Below are positions 51,017-61,140 of a DNA stretch of 64,000 bases, in pieces. Positions within the stretch are counted from its first letter, which is position 1, and every line of letters begins with the position of its first letter. The stretch is from Nostoc sp. DedSLP01 (GTDB taxonomy: Bacteria; Cyanobacteriota; Cyanobacteriia; Cyanobacteriales; Nostocaceae), in NCBI GenBank assembly GCA_034530875.2, contig JAVRCJ020000002.1, forward strand, positions 128,001 through 192,000. Reading direction: 5' to 3'. The position numbers were made by a program, and so were the translations under genes. Under the pieces are notes generated by a model. The model was given only the letters and a program-made list of their open reading frames with translations, did not search any database and was not told where the DNA came from.

Positions 51017-52234
51017 TTAAGCACTTCTTAAGGCAACAATTGGGTCGAGTTTAGCTGCGCGACGTGCGGGAACAACACCAAAGAATAAACCGATACCGCC
51101 TGAAACACCGACTGCTGTGGCAATTGCTACGGTAGAAATTCCGGCGTCTAAAGGGGTTAAGGCTGCTACTAAGAGAATGCCACTAACGCCAACGGCGGTA
51201 CCAACTAAACCGCCGGCGGCAGAAACTATTACTGCTTCAATGATGAACTGTAGCAAAATATCTTGCTCTGTTGCACCGATCGCTTTTCTTAATCCGATTT
51301 CTTGAGTGCGTTCGGTGACGGAGACTAGCATAATATTCATGATGCCAATGCCGCCGACAAACAGCGATATGGCTGCGATCGCTGCTAGCATAATTGTCAA
51401 TGCGCCCGTAATTTGACCAACTGTTTGCAAAGCATCTTTCTGGGTGCGAATCGTAAAGTCGTCTTCATCATTAATTTTGTGTCTTAGACGCAGCAAATTC
51501 GTAATTTGGAACTCTGCTGCATCCACACTATTACCATCACGAGCAGCAGCTACCACGTAATCTAAGGCGATTCCATAAGGAGAATTCTTTCCCACAAGGC
51601 GATTTGCAGAAGTTGTAATCGGGATTAAAGCAGCTTCATCATAATCTGCTCCGACGCTGGAACCTTTGGCTATTAATGTCCCAATTACTTGAAAGCTGGT
51701 ATTGCCAATTCGCAATTGCTGGCCGACAGCGTTACCACTACCAAATAATTTTTCTGCTAAGTCTGCACCTAATACAACAACTTGATTGCTGCGCTTAATG
51801 TCTACTTCGTTAAAAAACCTGCCTTTATCAGTTTCAAAATCCCGCACTGATAAAAAGCTAGGAGTTGTACCAATAATGTTGACATTGGTGTTTCGGTTAC
51901 GGTAAATAATTACTTGTCTTCGATTTAACTCTGGTGCAACTCCTATCACTGTTGGCACTTGAGAAGCGATCGCGTCAGCATCTTGCAATACTAAATTTTT
52001 TGGCACTTCAAAGGAAATCCGCTGAGTTTCTTGATTTCCTGGCAGTACAAATAATACATTTGGCCCTAGCGATTCCAGTTGTTTTTTAACAAATTTTTGC
52101 CCCCCTTCGCCAATACCAATCATGGCAATAACTGAAGCATTACCAATAACTATACCCAACATCGTGAGCGCACTACGCAGTTTATTCGATAGCAGGGTTT
52201 TCCCCGCCATTTGCACGCTTTCTAAAAAATTCAT
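51017..52234 (-). CDS. MacB/FtsX-type ABC transporter permease
   Basis: LRSALTMLGIVIG, GGIGIMNIMLVSVTERTQEIGLRKAIGA, PARRAAKLDPIVALR. Confidence 0.93.
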   Translation of the reverse strand: MNFLESVQMAGKTLLSNKLRSALTMLGIVIGNASVIAMIGIGEGGQKFVKKQLESLGPNVLFVLPGNQETQRISFEVPKNLVLQDADAIASQVPTVIGVAPELNRRQVIIYRNRNTNVNIIGTTPSFLSVRDFETDKGRFFNEVDIKRSNQVVVLGADLAEKLFGSGNAVGQQLRIGNTSFQVIGTLIAKGSSVGADYDEAALIPITTSANRLVGKNSPYGIALDYVVAAARDGNSVDAAEFQITNLLRLRHKINDEDDFTIRTQKDALQTVGQITGALTIMLAAIAAISLFVGGIGIMNIMLVSVTERTQEIGLRKAIGATEQDILLQFIIEAVIVSAAGGLVGTAVGVSGILLVAALTPLDAGISTVAIATAVGVSGGIGLFFGVVPARRAAKLDPIVALRSA

Positions 52235-52272
52235 GTCTTAATAATTACGAATTACGAATTACGAATTACGAA

Positions 52273-53742
52273 TTAAGAATTATCCTTTTCTTTGGCCTTT
52301 TCAATTTTGTAATCTTTCGGTGGGTTAACAAAAATGCGATCGCCTTGTTTAACTCCTCCTAAAATCTGAGTTTGGTCTTTGATTTGCGCTCCTACTGTGA
52401 CTTCACGGAATTGAGGTTTATTATTTTCATCTGGTACGAGTACGCCAGTTCTACCTTTTTCGGTGACGATGGAAACTGTTGGTAATACTAAGGCATTATT
52501 AACGCGATCGCCCAAAAAAGTCAGATCCACATTTAAGCCAGAACGCAGTTTATCTATGCCAGTATCCAGAGCAACTCGCACTTGGAAGGATGTCACACCT
52601 TGTTCTACCACTGCTTCCGGAGCAATCAAGCGCACGTGTCCTTTAAAAACTTGGTCTGGATAAGCATCCGCGACAATTTCCACCTGTTGTCCCGGTTTGA
52701 TTCTACCAAGATCGGCTTCGGGAACTTGAGCTAATATTTCTAAACCCCGCGCTACAGCAACAATTGAACTGGAAGTTGCCGACGCACTGGTAGACGCGGA
52801 AGTTGTGGGTGTCACAAACGCACCAACGTTGGCATACTTTTGCGTCACAATTCCCGAAAAGGGAGCGCGAATAATTGTATCTTCCAGCTGCACTTGCACG
52901 CCTTTCAACTGAGCCTCAGCAGATGCGACAGCTGCTTGACGCTGGGCAATTTCCTCAGAACGGGTACCATCTTCCAAGAGTACTAATGCGGCGCGTGCTT
53001 CATTAACAGCCGCTTGACGTTGGGCGATTTCTTCACTGCGAGAACCACTTTGAACTAAAGACAATCGCTTTTTCGCTTCTTCTAAATTAGCTCTGGCACT
53101 TTTATCTTCACTGAGGGCTTGATCGAATAATTGTTTTTTCTCTGCACCCTGTTGATATAGATATTCGTAACGCTTTACTTGTTCGGCGGTGTAATTCACC
53201 TTTGCCTGAGCTGCATCTACTTGGGCTTGAGCTTGGGCAATTTCTTGGGGACGATTACCTACACGAGCTTGGGTTAACTGGGCTTGGGCTTGGGCTAATC
53301 GCGCCTTAGCTTGGGCTATTTCTTGAGGACGGCTACCAGCAAGGGCTTCGGCTAACTGTGCTTGACTTTGCGCTAAGTTTGCAAGATATTGACTTTTTTG
53401 TGCTTCTATGGCTGCGCTATCCATGCGGGCGAGAATTTGCCCTTTTTGAACGCGATCGCCTTGTTCGACATACAATTGCGACAGCACGCCAGGATTTTTG
53501 GGGCTAATATTCACGCTCTCCACTGGCACGACTTTACCGCTAGCCGTTATCCGCAATGTAACGTTTTGTGCGGCAACTGGGACAGTTAGGCGATCGATGT
53601 CTTCTTTGTTTGTACCTTGATTTATCAGCGTAAAGTTTGCAAATGTACCAACAACTAAGGCTCCCCCTGCCATCAGCCCAATTAGCCAGCGTAATGGATG
53701 CTTTACTTTGCCAATAACTGGAATTTCTATGTACGTAACCAT
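52273..53742 (-). CDS. Efflux periplasmic adaptor (MacA/HlyD family)
   Basis: N-terminal TM, lipoyl-like V.QGD.V.KGQ, long coiled coil, IRAPFSGIV. Confidence 0.92.
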   Translation of the reverse strand: MVTYIEIPVIGKVKHPLRWLIGLMAGGALVVGTFANFTLINQGTNKEDIDRLTVPVAAQNVTLRITASGKVVPVESVNISPKNPGVLSQLYVEQGDRVQKGQILARMDSAAIEAQKSQYLANLAQSQAQLAEALAGSRPQEIAQAKARLAQAQAQLTQARVGNRPQEIAQAQAQVDAAQAKVNYTAEQVKRYEYLYQQGAEKKQLFDQALSEDKSARANLEEAKKRLSLVQSGSRSEEIAQRQAAVNEARAALVLLEDGTRSEEIAQRQAAVASAEAQLKGVQVQLEDTIIRAPFSGIVTQKYANVGAFVTPTTSASTSASATSSSIVAVARGLEILAQVPEADLGRIKPGQQVEIVADAYPDQVFKGHVRLIAPEAVVEQGVTSFQVRVALDTGIDKLRSGLNVDLTFLGDRVNNALVLPTVSIVTEKGRTGVLVPDENNKPQFREVTVGAQIKDQTQILGGVKQGDRIFVNPPKDYKIEKAKEKDNS

Positions 53743-54134
53743 ATTATCGAAGCCTGTAAATATTGCTGTGTGAGAGTAGCCTTAGTTAGAGGAAAAGTGC
53801 AGAATACGGAGTTTTGTCAGTTTTGGAATTAAATTTTTATAAACTAGCTAACAACTAGACGCATAATCAGCTTCATAGTTGCTTAATCTTCCTTCATATT
53901 AGGCATCAGTATATCTATATGCCTTCACCTGAATGGGTGACTTGAGCCACTGAAATTGCTCAATGGCATCAAACATCCTACGGTCTTTCTCATTTGCTTG
54001 ACGTACAAAGCAGGGTAGGTAGCACAACTAGCTGTGCTACCCTACAAAATCTAATCATTTAATATCTTCTTTTTTTGTCTTGTTCAGTAAAGACGTAGCA
54101 CTGCTAAGTCTCTACTAAAGAAGACAAAACACGG

Positions 54135-54782
54135 TTAAACACATCCAACTCGCACCGCCCTAGTAGCAGCCTCCGTGCGGTTGGTTGCTCCTAACTTATT
54201 TAGTACCTGACTTACATGATGTCTAATGGTAGAAGGACTCAATTTCATTCGTTGAGCGATCGCTTCATTACTCAATCCTAAAGCCAAGAGTGTTAACACC
54301 TCTGCTTGTCGCCTGCTCAGTTCGTATGCAGGAGGGGATGATGGTTGAGTCGGTTGCACCAACGCCTGAATTACCTCTGCTGCCAAAATAGATCGACCAA
54401 TCGCAGCACAACGTATAGCATCCGCTAACTCATCAATCGAGACGCCCTTGAGTAAATAGCCAATGGCTCCGGCTTGCATTGCTTTCTGTACTAACCCCTT
54501 ATCTAGAAAACTGGTCAAAATTAAAACCTGGATTTCTGGGTATTTTTTGCGGATAACTCTTGTGACTTCCGCCCCATTCATCCCCATCATCATCAAATCC
54601 ATCAGCACTACATCTGGTTGCAAGTTTTCGCAAAGACGTATTGCTTCATCTCCATTACCCGCTTCCCCCACTAACTCAATATCATCAAAGGCCAGCAAGA
54701 GAAATTTAATACCTCCCCGCAAGATTTGATGATCGTCAACAGTTATGACCCGAATTGGTTTGACCAATTTATCTGTTTCCAT
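54135..54782 (-). CDS. NarL/LuxR family response regulator
   Basis: VDDH, LMDLMM, GYLLK; LSRRQ.EVL..L..GLSN..IA...T...H...V..KLG..NRTEA. Confidence 0.93.
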   Translation of the reverse strand: METDKLVKPIRVITVDDHQILRGGIKFLLLAFDDIELVGEAGNGDEAIRLCENLQPDVVLMDLMMMGMNGAEVTRVIRKKYPEIQVLILTSFLDKGLVQKAMQAGAIGYLLKGVSIDELADAIRCAAIGRSILAAEVIQALVQPTQPSSPPAYELSRRQAEVLTLLALGLSNEAIAQRMKLSPSTIRHHVSQVLNKLGATNRTEAATRAVRVGCV

Positions 54783-54974
54783 ATTTAAATCCGGGTTGTT
54801 AAAACTATTTTTTTAATAGATTAATATTATTTTCTATTATTCCATCGTTAATTTTTTAGAAAAAAATCTTAATCTTTAATTTGAATTTTTTACCAGCAGA
54901 CAATAAAACTTTGCAAATGCAAATATCAATAATAATCTGTATTTTCCAAATCAGTCAAGGTAAATAAATATAAC

Positions 54975-55084
54975 TATAGGATTCCGATTTGATTGCTGAA
55001 CTATTCGTAGAGGCAGGAGACAGGGTTGGGCTAAAAACGAATAAAAGTGTACCTAGCTTCGTATAAATCAAATATGAGTTTTAT
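54975..55084. mobile_element. MITE-like element
   Basis: Imperfect terminal IRs ATAGGATTCCGATTTGATT / AATCAAATATGAGTTTTAT. Confidence 0.45.
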
Positions 55085-55306
55085 GTATTGCAATCAGCTT
55101 TAGTTAAGAAAATTCTTCTGTAAAAGTGGGAATAGAGAATAAGAAACAGTAAACAAAGGCAGAAAAACAAGCTTGTCTAAACTGGAATTAACTATATTAC
55201 GAAAAATAAATATCTCTAAAAACCTTACTATTGAGCAATAAAAAGCAAAAATGTCGATTGTATTTAGTTAAGTTTATTTGTGCCCACTTTAATGACTCAT
55301 TTGCAA

Positions 55307-56677
55307 TTATGAATTTTCTATTCTCAAGATAGAGGTTGACCAACTTAGAGAAATGTCAGTTCCCCTTCCTAAATAGCTTGATAAGTGAAAATTAGCGCCA
55401 ATGGACTCGGCTCGTTCTTTCATAATTGCTATCCCTAAATGACCAGATGGTATCTCTCTAGGGTCAAAACCACAGCCATTATCACTGATAGCCAAGACCA
55501 GCTTTTGTAAATCGTACTCAAGGCTGACTGATACTTGCGTAGCTTGGGCATGTTTAATAATATTATTAAGTGCTTCTTGAGTAATCCGGTAGAAAACGAG
55601 CTTTACCTCACTAGATAAAGAAAAATTACCTTTTACCGTTGTTGTTACTTGTAAACTTGCTCGTCCAGAAATCGCCTTGGCTAACTGCTGTATTAATTCA
55701 CCTAATGATTTCTCTGCCAAACCATCGGGACGCAATTCGATTAGTAAATTTCGCATCTCTGCTAAAGCGCCTTGTGTGAGTTGGGCGAGTTCCTCTAATC
55801 CTTGTTGGGCTATGTCTGGGTGGCGTTTCCAAACTCTAGGTAAAGCTTCGGCAATAGTCGCTACAGTAAACAATGTCTGCGACACTGAATCGTGTAAGTC
55901 ACGAGCGAGGCGATTTCGCTCGACTTCCACGGCTGTTTTGCGTAGCCGTTCGCTTTCTAGCAATTGTTCGCGTAGTTTTACCGCTTGGATTAAATCTTTG
56001 GATAAGCGTAGACTCATAATTACCACGAAGGACATAAATCCAAACTCACCCAGGTATATAAATTTGATCTTTCCCAAATCTACTAGGCGATCGTGTTGAA
56101 CAGTTGCTATTAAAATTGCTAAACTTAGTCCGAGAGTGAGTGCTGCTTGTTTCTCGCCGCGCCGATATTGAAGGTAACAGGCAAAAAAAACGAAAACAGT
56201 ATTACTGAAGAAAGCTAATAATTGGAAAATGAATAGGGGATTGAGCGTAGCTTCTGGGTAAGGAATCGATTCGCCCCAAGGCAAAGAAATACTTGATAGG
56301 TTGCTGATATGAGAGTAGAGAATTCCTGTCAGTGAAATTTGGTTGATTAACAGGCTGATGAAGTACAGGCTATTGATTCCTAAAATTAAACGCACTGGTC
56401 TAATATTGGTATACACAGACACAAACCAAGCTATAGTAATGCCGTAAATATAGCCCAAAGAACTTAGTAATTTTGTGGCATTTATATAATCGTCTACATT
56501 CATGGCTTTATATTCAGCTATAAGAGCCAAAACATAACCAAAAGCTACCAAGCAGCTTAATCCAAAGCATAAGTTTAGTGCGGGTTTTAATCGCCCAGAG
56601 GCAATTAGTAAGTGTAAAAAACCAATATATATGATAATCCCAGCAATTATACTTAGAACGGTTAGAATTAAAGTCAT
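55307..56677 (-). CDS. Membrane sensor histidine kinase, HisKA_3 (NarX/LiaS) type
   Basis: About seven TM N-terminal segments; ERNRLARDLHDSVSQ, QEALNNIIKHA, DNGCGF, GHLG...M.ERA. Confidence 0.92.
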   Translation of the reverse strand: MTLILTVLSIIAGIIIYIGFLHLLIASGRLKPALNLCFGLSCLVAFGYVLALIAEYKAMNVDDYINATKLLSSLGYIYGITIAWFVSVYTNIRPVRLILGINSLYFISLLINQISLTGILYSHISNLSSISLPWGESIPYPEATLNPLFIFQLLAFFSNTVFVFFACYLQYRRGEKQAALTLGLSLAILIATVQHDRLVDLGKIKFIYLGEFGFMSFVVIMSLRLSKDLIQAVKLREQLLESERLRKTAVEVERNRLARDLHDSVSQTLFTVATIAEALPRVWKRHPDIAQQGLEELAQLTQGALAEMRNLLIELRPDGLAEKSLGELIQQLAKAISGRASLQVTTTVKGNFSLSSEVKLVFYRITQEALNNIIKHAQATQVSVSLEYDLQKLVLAISDNGCGFDPREIPSGHLGIAIMKERAESIGANFHLSSYLGRGTDISLSWSTSILRIENS

Positions 56678-56782
56678 TACTTATTCTCTGAAAATTTCTA
56701 TCTAGCAATAAATAAGTAATATCACTTCAATAGAAACGTCTCGCCTTTTGTATATAGGTTCTCGATTCTTAAATTAGCTAAA

Positions 56783-56950
56783 TGCATCGGCTTGCACCTT
56801 TGTTGCATTGGGTTGCACCTTTGTTGCATTGGGTTGCACCTTTGTTGCATTGGGTTGCACCTTTGTTGCATCGAGTTGCACCTTTGTTGCATCGAGTTGC
56901 ACCTTTGTTGCATTGGGTTGCACCTTTGTTGCATCGGGTTGCACCTTTGT
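56783..56950. repeat. 21-bp tandem repeat array, 8 units
   Basis: Unit TGCAT(C/T)G(G/A)(G/C)TTGCACCTTTGT. Confidence 0.95.
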
Positions 56951-56969
56951 TGTATTACAGCAGTTTTTA

Positions 56970-57064
56970 TTAGACATCTCCAAGAAATTAATTCTGCGTT
57001 AACCGAAAACCCAGTAGAGACGTAGCATTGCTAGGTCTCTACATTGTTTTTTGGAGATGTCTAA
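56970..57064. mobile_element. MITE-like element with an internal REP hairpin
   Basis: TIRs TTAGACATCTCCAA / TTGGAGATGTCTAA enclosing GTAGAGAC...GTCTCTAC. Confidence 0.7.
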
Positions 57065-57190
57065 GTTATTCTTCTCCCTCCTGGCTCTAAACTTCATACA
57101 AATGAAAACTGCTGTAAATCTTTCACCTTACTGATAGCTTTAGAGTGACAATGGGTACATTAAATACATAACTGATAACAGTATGCTAAT

Positions 57191-57559
57191 ATGGCTACCC
57201 AAAATACAACACGCCGTTTGCGCCCTCAATTAATTAGTGAAGATGTAAGTTCATGGTACGGTTTACAAACCGTCAGTACCTATGAAACTAACCGTGCTGA
57301 TGCCTCTGCTGCCAAATTACAGCAAGCTTATCAAGCTATGTTAGCCCAGCAACAAGCGGAAACCGAAAAACAAACTTTATACCGTGCTGCGGCTGATGCT
57401 GCGCGATTAGCAGAATGGGAATTTCACAATGCCGTATTAGCAATGAAACAAGTTGTGCGCGGACAATATGGATTAGATAGCGATCAAGCTCAAGCAGTAG
57501 GACTGAAGAAAAAATCGGACTATAAGCGTCCTAGTCGCAAAAAGTCAGTCGCATCATGA
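57191..57559 (+). CDS. Small helical hypothetical protein with basic C-terminal tail
   Basis: 122 aa, Ala/Gln-rich helices, QYGLDSDQAQAVGLKKKSDYKRPSRKK. Confidence 0.8.
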   Translation: MATQNTTRRLRPQLISEDVSSWYGLQTVSTYETNRADASAAKLQQAYQAMLAQQQAETEKQTLYRAAADAARLAEWEFHNAVLAMKQVVRGQYGLDSDQAQAVGLKKKSDYKRPSRKKSVAS

Positions 57560-57683
57560 GCTAAGTAAAATTAAGACATTTTAAGTGAGCGATCGCACTT
57601 GATATTACTTGTGCGATCGCTTTCTTGCATAGATGAGAACTCTGCAAAACTCTGTATCACTTGTCATCTGTCATCAAAATTTT

Positions 57684-57820
57684 AACACTGCTAATAAGTA
57701 TAAGTAACTATTATATAGGACAAAGATCCTAGTCAAAACTTGGATCTTTGTTCGATGCGGTGATTAAGGCAATCGCTATATAATCCATCTTGCTACAGCA
57801 AAATTTAGGTAATTACCTCA
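57684..57820 (+). promoter_or_regulatory. Repeated operator/promoter cassette, copy 1
   Basis: ACAAAGATCCTAG-tcaaaa-CTTGGATCTTTGT at 57720, TATAAT at 57779, then GCTACAGCAAA. Confidence 0.75.
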
Positions 57821-57827
57821 CCTGACA

Positions 57828-58367
57828 ATGAATAAAATCTGGTTTGGCAATACTTTATTGTTTAGTTCAGTTTTAGCAAGTACCTTACTTGCTAGTCCTA
57901 ATGTTGCTAGGAGTAACGACTTCACCGTACCCGAAACTCTAGCAAATACAGCACCTTGTCGCCTTAACGTCACTGGTGCTTATCTAACAACAATCTTCAA
58001 CCCAGATAACAGCGTCTCCTCTCGTGGAGTTATTACACTGACCGCAGATGGTAACTTTTTTGTCACTGACTCCAATCAAGGTGGTGTAACCAACGTCTTC
58101 AATCCCTTTAGTAGCGGACAAGGCGCTTGGAAGTGTAATGGCAAAACTGGAGTAAGTGCTAGGTCTATCACCTTTGCTTTTCCTGGAAGTGCAGGAGCCG
58201 GTGGCTTTGGCCGCGCCGACTACCAAGCTACCTTTAATCCCCAAACGCAGACAGTACAAGGGACTATCACACTGCGCTTATTCAACCTCAATGCTAATCC
58301 GTTGTTAAATAATGTCCCGCCTGTAGGAACGTTCAAATTCTCTGGGCAACAAATCAAACCTAATTAA
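57828..58367 (+). CDS. Secreted beta-rich hypothetical protein
   Basis: Signal peptide, two Cys, alternating beta-strand pattern. Confidence 0.75.
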   Translation: MNKIWFGNTLLFSSVLASTLLASPNVARSNDFTVPETLANTAPCRLNVTGAYLTTIFNPDNSVSSRGVITLTADGNFFVTDSNQGGVTNVFNPFSSGQGAWKCNGKTGVSARSITFAFPGSAGAGGFGRADYQATFNPQTQTVQGTITLRLFNLNANPLLNNVPPVGTFKFSGQQIKPN

Positions 58368-58617
58368 TTTTGAACGAAGAAAGGCACAGAGAGTAGAAGG
58401 TTTAAGGATAAATTATTTCCTTTGCCAAAACGGTATTGAGCCACTTAGATATAGCATTCTCGTTTGGATGCAATACGCTGTAGGGGCGCACATCTGTACG
58501 CCTCTACAAAGGAATATTTTTTCTTTGGAAGTCGCTTGAAAAACACTGAAGCGATGTCTACGACAAGGCTTACGCCTACGCCACTCTCATGATTGACATA
58601 AGCAATAGTTATCTAGT

Positions 58618-58730
58618 CCAAAGATTGAAGTTAAAGCTTGGATCTTTGTCCGATGCGCTCACAGAGGCGTAGACGTGCTGCTTCGGCTTGTCGTCAGACA
58701 TCGCTCTATAGTCCACTTCACCTCAGCAAA
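58618..58730 (+). promoter_or_regulatory. Repeated operator/promoter cassette, copy 2, with a 30-bp insert in its HIP1 site
   Basis: CAAAGATTGAAG-ttaaag-CTTGGATCTTTGT; GCG[58670-58699]ATCGC; TATAGT at 58707. Confidence 0.65.
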
Positions 58731-58759
58731 CTTAACAAAAAACAACGAAGGTAATAGCT

Positions 58760-60649
58760 ATGACAACTATCAATTTTGACGATTTAGCTCCTAATACAGT
58801 TGTAAGCAATCAGTATTCAGGAGTAACGTTTTCATCTGGTGTAGGAAGTTCTGTTGTAGCATTTAATTATGGTTCTTTCGCACCCTCTCAACCAAACGCA
58901 ATCTTTGCAATAAATCCCTCCACCGGGTTTGATCGAATTTTGAATGTTGATTTTGCTCAACCAGTTAATAATTTATCATTTTCTGTATTTGCGGATAATA
59001 CTGCTGGTCTTAGTGGCAAAATTGATGTTTTTACTACTACAGGATCGCCCATTACAGTTGATCTCATTACTGATGGTCAGCAGTTAACTCCAGATCTTGT
59101 AAATTTATCATCATTTACAAACATCACCCGCATTAGTGTCAACAACACAGGAGATCCTAACGGTATTGCATTTGATAACTTTCAATTCAACTTTGCTCCA
59201 GTTGCCGTTAATGACAGTGGCACCACTAATGAAAACACCGCCTTCAGTGGCAACGTACTAGCCAATGATACTGACCTAGATACAGGTGATATCCTCACTG
59301 TTAGCGCAGTCAACGGTAGTACGGCTAATGTTGGCAATCAAATTACTTTAACTTCTGGTGCGCTACTCACTCTCAACACCGATGGCACATTCGCCTACAA
59401 CCCCAACGGTCAATTTGAATCCTTGGGCGTAGGAGCTAGTGCCAGCGACAGTTTTACTTATACTATTAGCGATGGCAATGGCGGCACTGCTAGTGCCACA
59501 GTTAACCTGACTATCAACGGCGTTAACGATGCGCCAACAGGTTCACCCACAGCGACTTTAAGTAATACCCCAGAAGATATAGCGATTACCATTACTGCGG
59601 CAAACTTATTAGCAGGCTTTACGGATGTCGATGCTAGTGATATCCTTTCCGTTGCCAACTTAACTGCTACTAACGGTGCATTGGTAAATAACAATAATGG
59701 CACTTATACCTTCACCCCAACAGCCAACTTTAACGGTACTGTCACCCTCACCTACAATGTCACCGATGGCACAGCTAGTTTAACCGGACAAACTCGGAGT
59801 TTCTCTGTCACCCCTGTTAACGATGCCCCTGTTGCTGGTGATGACAGTGCTTCCACATTCTTTGGTACTACCGTCAACATCGCAGTTAGCACCCTACTAG
59901 CTAACGATAGCGATGTTGATAGTTCCTCCCTCAGTATCACTGGTGTCAGCGGTGCTACCAACGGTACTGCCGTCCTCAATAATAACGGCACAGCCAACAA
60001 CAGTGCAGATGATTTCGTTTCCTTTACGCCAAATCTTCTGTTTTTTGGTAATGCCAGCTTTAATTACACCCTCAGCGATGGTAGCCTGACTGATACTGGT
60101 ACGGTGACTGTGGCTGTCGGTCTTAACAGTAATGGCACGAATCAACCGGATAACATAATTGGCACCCTTGGTAACGACATCATCAACGGCGGCAATGGCA
60201 ACGATACCATCTACGGCGGCGCGGGTAACGATAGCCTCAACGGTGATAATGGCAACGACATCTTGTATGGCGATGGGCTGATGGATGGCGGCGCGGGTAA
60301 CGATACCCTCAACGGTGGTAATGGTGATGATACCCTATACGGTGGTGGCGGTAGCGATCGCCTCACAGGTGGTAATGGCAACGATCTCCTTTATGGTGGT
60401 GCTGGCAGCGATACCCTCACAGGTAGCAATGGTAACGATATCTTTGCCTTTGCTGCTCTTGAAGGTACTGACACGATTACTGATTTCTCTAAGGGTAGCG
60501 ATCTGATTGGATTGTATGGTGGTTTAAGCTTTGGGCAACTGAGTTTCTCTGGTAACAATATCTTAGTGACTTCCACTAATGAAATTTTGGCGACGCTGAC
60601 TGGTATTAATACTACGACGCTGAGTGCCGCTAATTTTGTAACGCTTTAA
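58760..60649 (+). CDS. Secreted adhesin-like protein with Ig/cadherin-like repeats and RTX Ca-binding repeats
   Basis: APVAVND...NVLANDTD.D and VNDAP repeats; GGNGND nonapeptides; DTITDF C-terminus typical of type I secretion. Confidence 0.88.
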   Translation: MTTINFDDLAPNTVVSNQYSGVTFSSGVGSSVVAFNYGSFAPSQPNAIFAINPSTGFDRILNVDFAQPVNNLSFSVFADNTAGLSGKIDVFTTTGSPITVDLITDGQQLTPDLVNLSSFTNITRISVNNTGDPNGIAFDNFQFNFAPVAVNDSGTTNENTAFSGNVLANDTDLDTGDILTVSAVNGSTANVGNQITLTSGALLTLNTDGTFAYNPNGQFESLGVGASASDSFTYTISDGNGGTASATVNLTINGVNDAPTGSPTATLSNTPEDIAITITAANLLAGFTDVDASDILSVANLTATNGALVNNNNGTYTFTPTANFNGTVTLTYNVTDGTASLTGQTRSFSVTPVNDAPVAGDDSASTFFGTTVNIAVSTLLANDSDVDSSSLSITGVSGATNGTAVLNNNGTANNSADDFVSFTPNLLFFGNASFNYTLSDGSLTDTGTVTVAVGLNSNGTNQPDNIIGTLGNDIINGGNGNDTIYGGAGNDSLNGDNGNDILYGDGLMDGGAGNDTLNGGNGDDTLYGGGGSDRLTGGNGNDLLYGGAGSDTLTGSNGNDIFAFAALEGTDTITDFSKGSDLIGLYGGLSFGQLSFSGNNILVTSTNEILATLTGINTTTLSAANFVTL

Positions 60650-60680
60650 TCATCTCGATTCATGCAACGTCTTTTAGATG

Positions 60681-60760
60681 CGTAGGTTAGGCTTACCGTG
60701 GGAGAACCCAACCTAGATAGTGTTTTGAGGTGTTGGGTTTCGTCCCTCAACCTAACCTAC
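60681..60760. repeat. GTAG-type REP element; related copy at about 63315-63389
   Basis: GTAGGTTAGGCTTACCGTG...AACCCAAC...GTTGGGTTTCG...AACCTAACCTAC. Confidence 0.65.
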
Positions 60761-60825
60761 ATTTGCATCAGATTTTTTGTGAAAGTTTAACTTTGTTGGG
60801 TGGGCAAATGTTTGCTCACCTAACC

Positions 60826-61008
60826 GCACCTTTGTTGCATCGGCTTGCACCTTTGTTGCATCGGCTTGCACCTTTGTTGCGTCGACTTGCACCTTTGTTG
60901 CATCGGCTTGCACCTTTATTGCATCGACTTGCACCTTTGTTGCATCGGCTTGCACCTTTATTGCATCGACTTGCACCTTTGTTGCATCGGCTTGCACCTT
61001 TATTACAT
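60826..61008. repeat. Second 21-bp tandem repeat array, about 8.7 units, same family and orientation as 56783-56950
   Basis: Unit GCACCTTT(G/A)TTGCATCG(G/A)CTT. Confidence 0.95.
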
Positions 61009-61140
61009 TGCTAATAACTATAACTAATCCTTATATAGGACAAAGATCCTAGTCAAAACTTGGATCTTTGTACGATGCGCTCACAAAAGCGATCGCTCTA
61101 TAATTTCTTTCGCTACAGCAAATTTAGGTAATTACCTAAC
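61005..61140 (+). promoter_or_regulatory. Repeated operator/promoter cassette, copy 3
   Basis: Core at 61040 identical to copy 1, TATAAT at 61099 (same 59-bp offset), GCTACAGCAAATTTAGGTAATTACCT. Confidence 0.75.

Noticed and set aside
56722..57025. Five overlapping short ORFs over array 1 (and three over array 2)
   Set aside because: Stop-free frames are a by-product of a 21-bp period; no RBS or family motif supports any one of them
57145..57187. NtcA-like site GTG-N8-TAC with TATGCT 23 bp downstream
   Set aside because: Imperfect match, and the implied TSS would fall inside the start of the 57191 ORF
56783..61008. 21-bp arrays as CRISPR arrays
   Set aside because: Units are head-to-tail with no unique spacers, and there are no cas genes in the window
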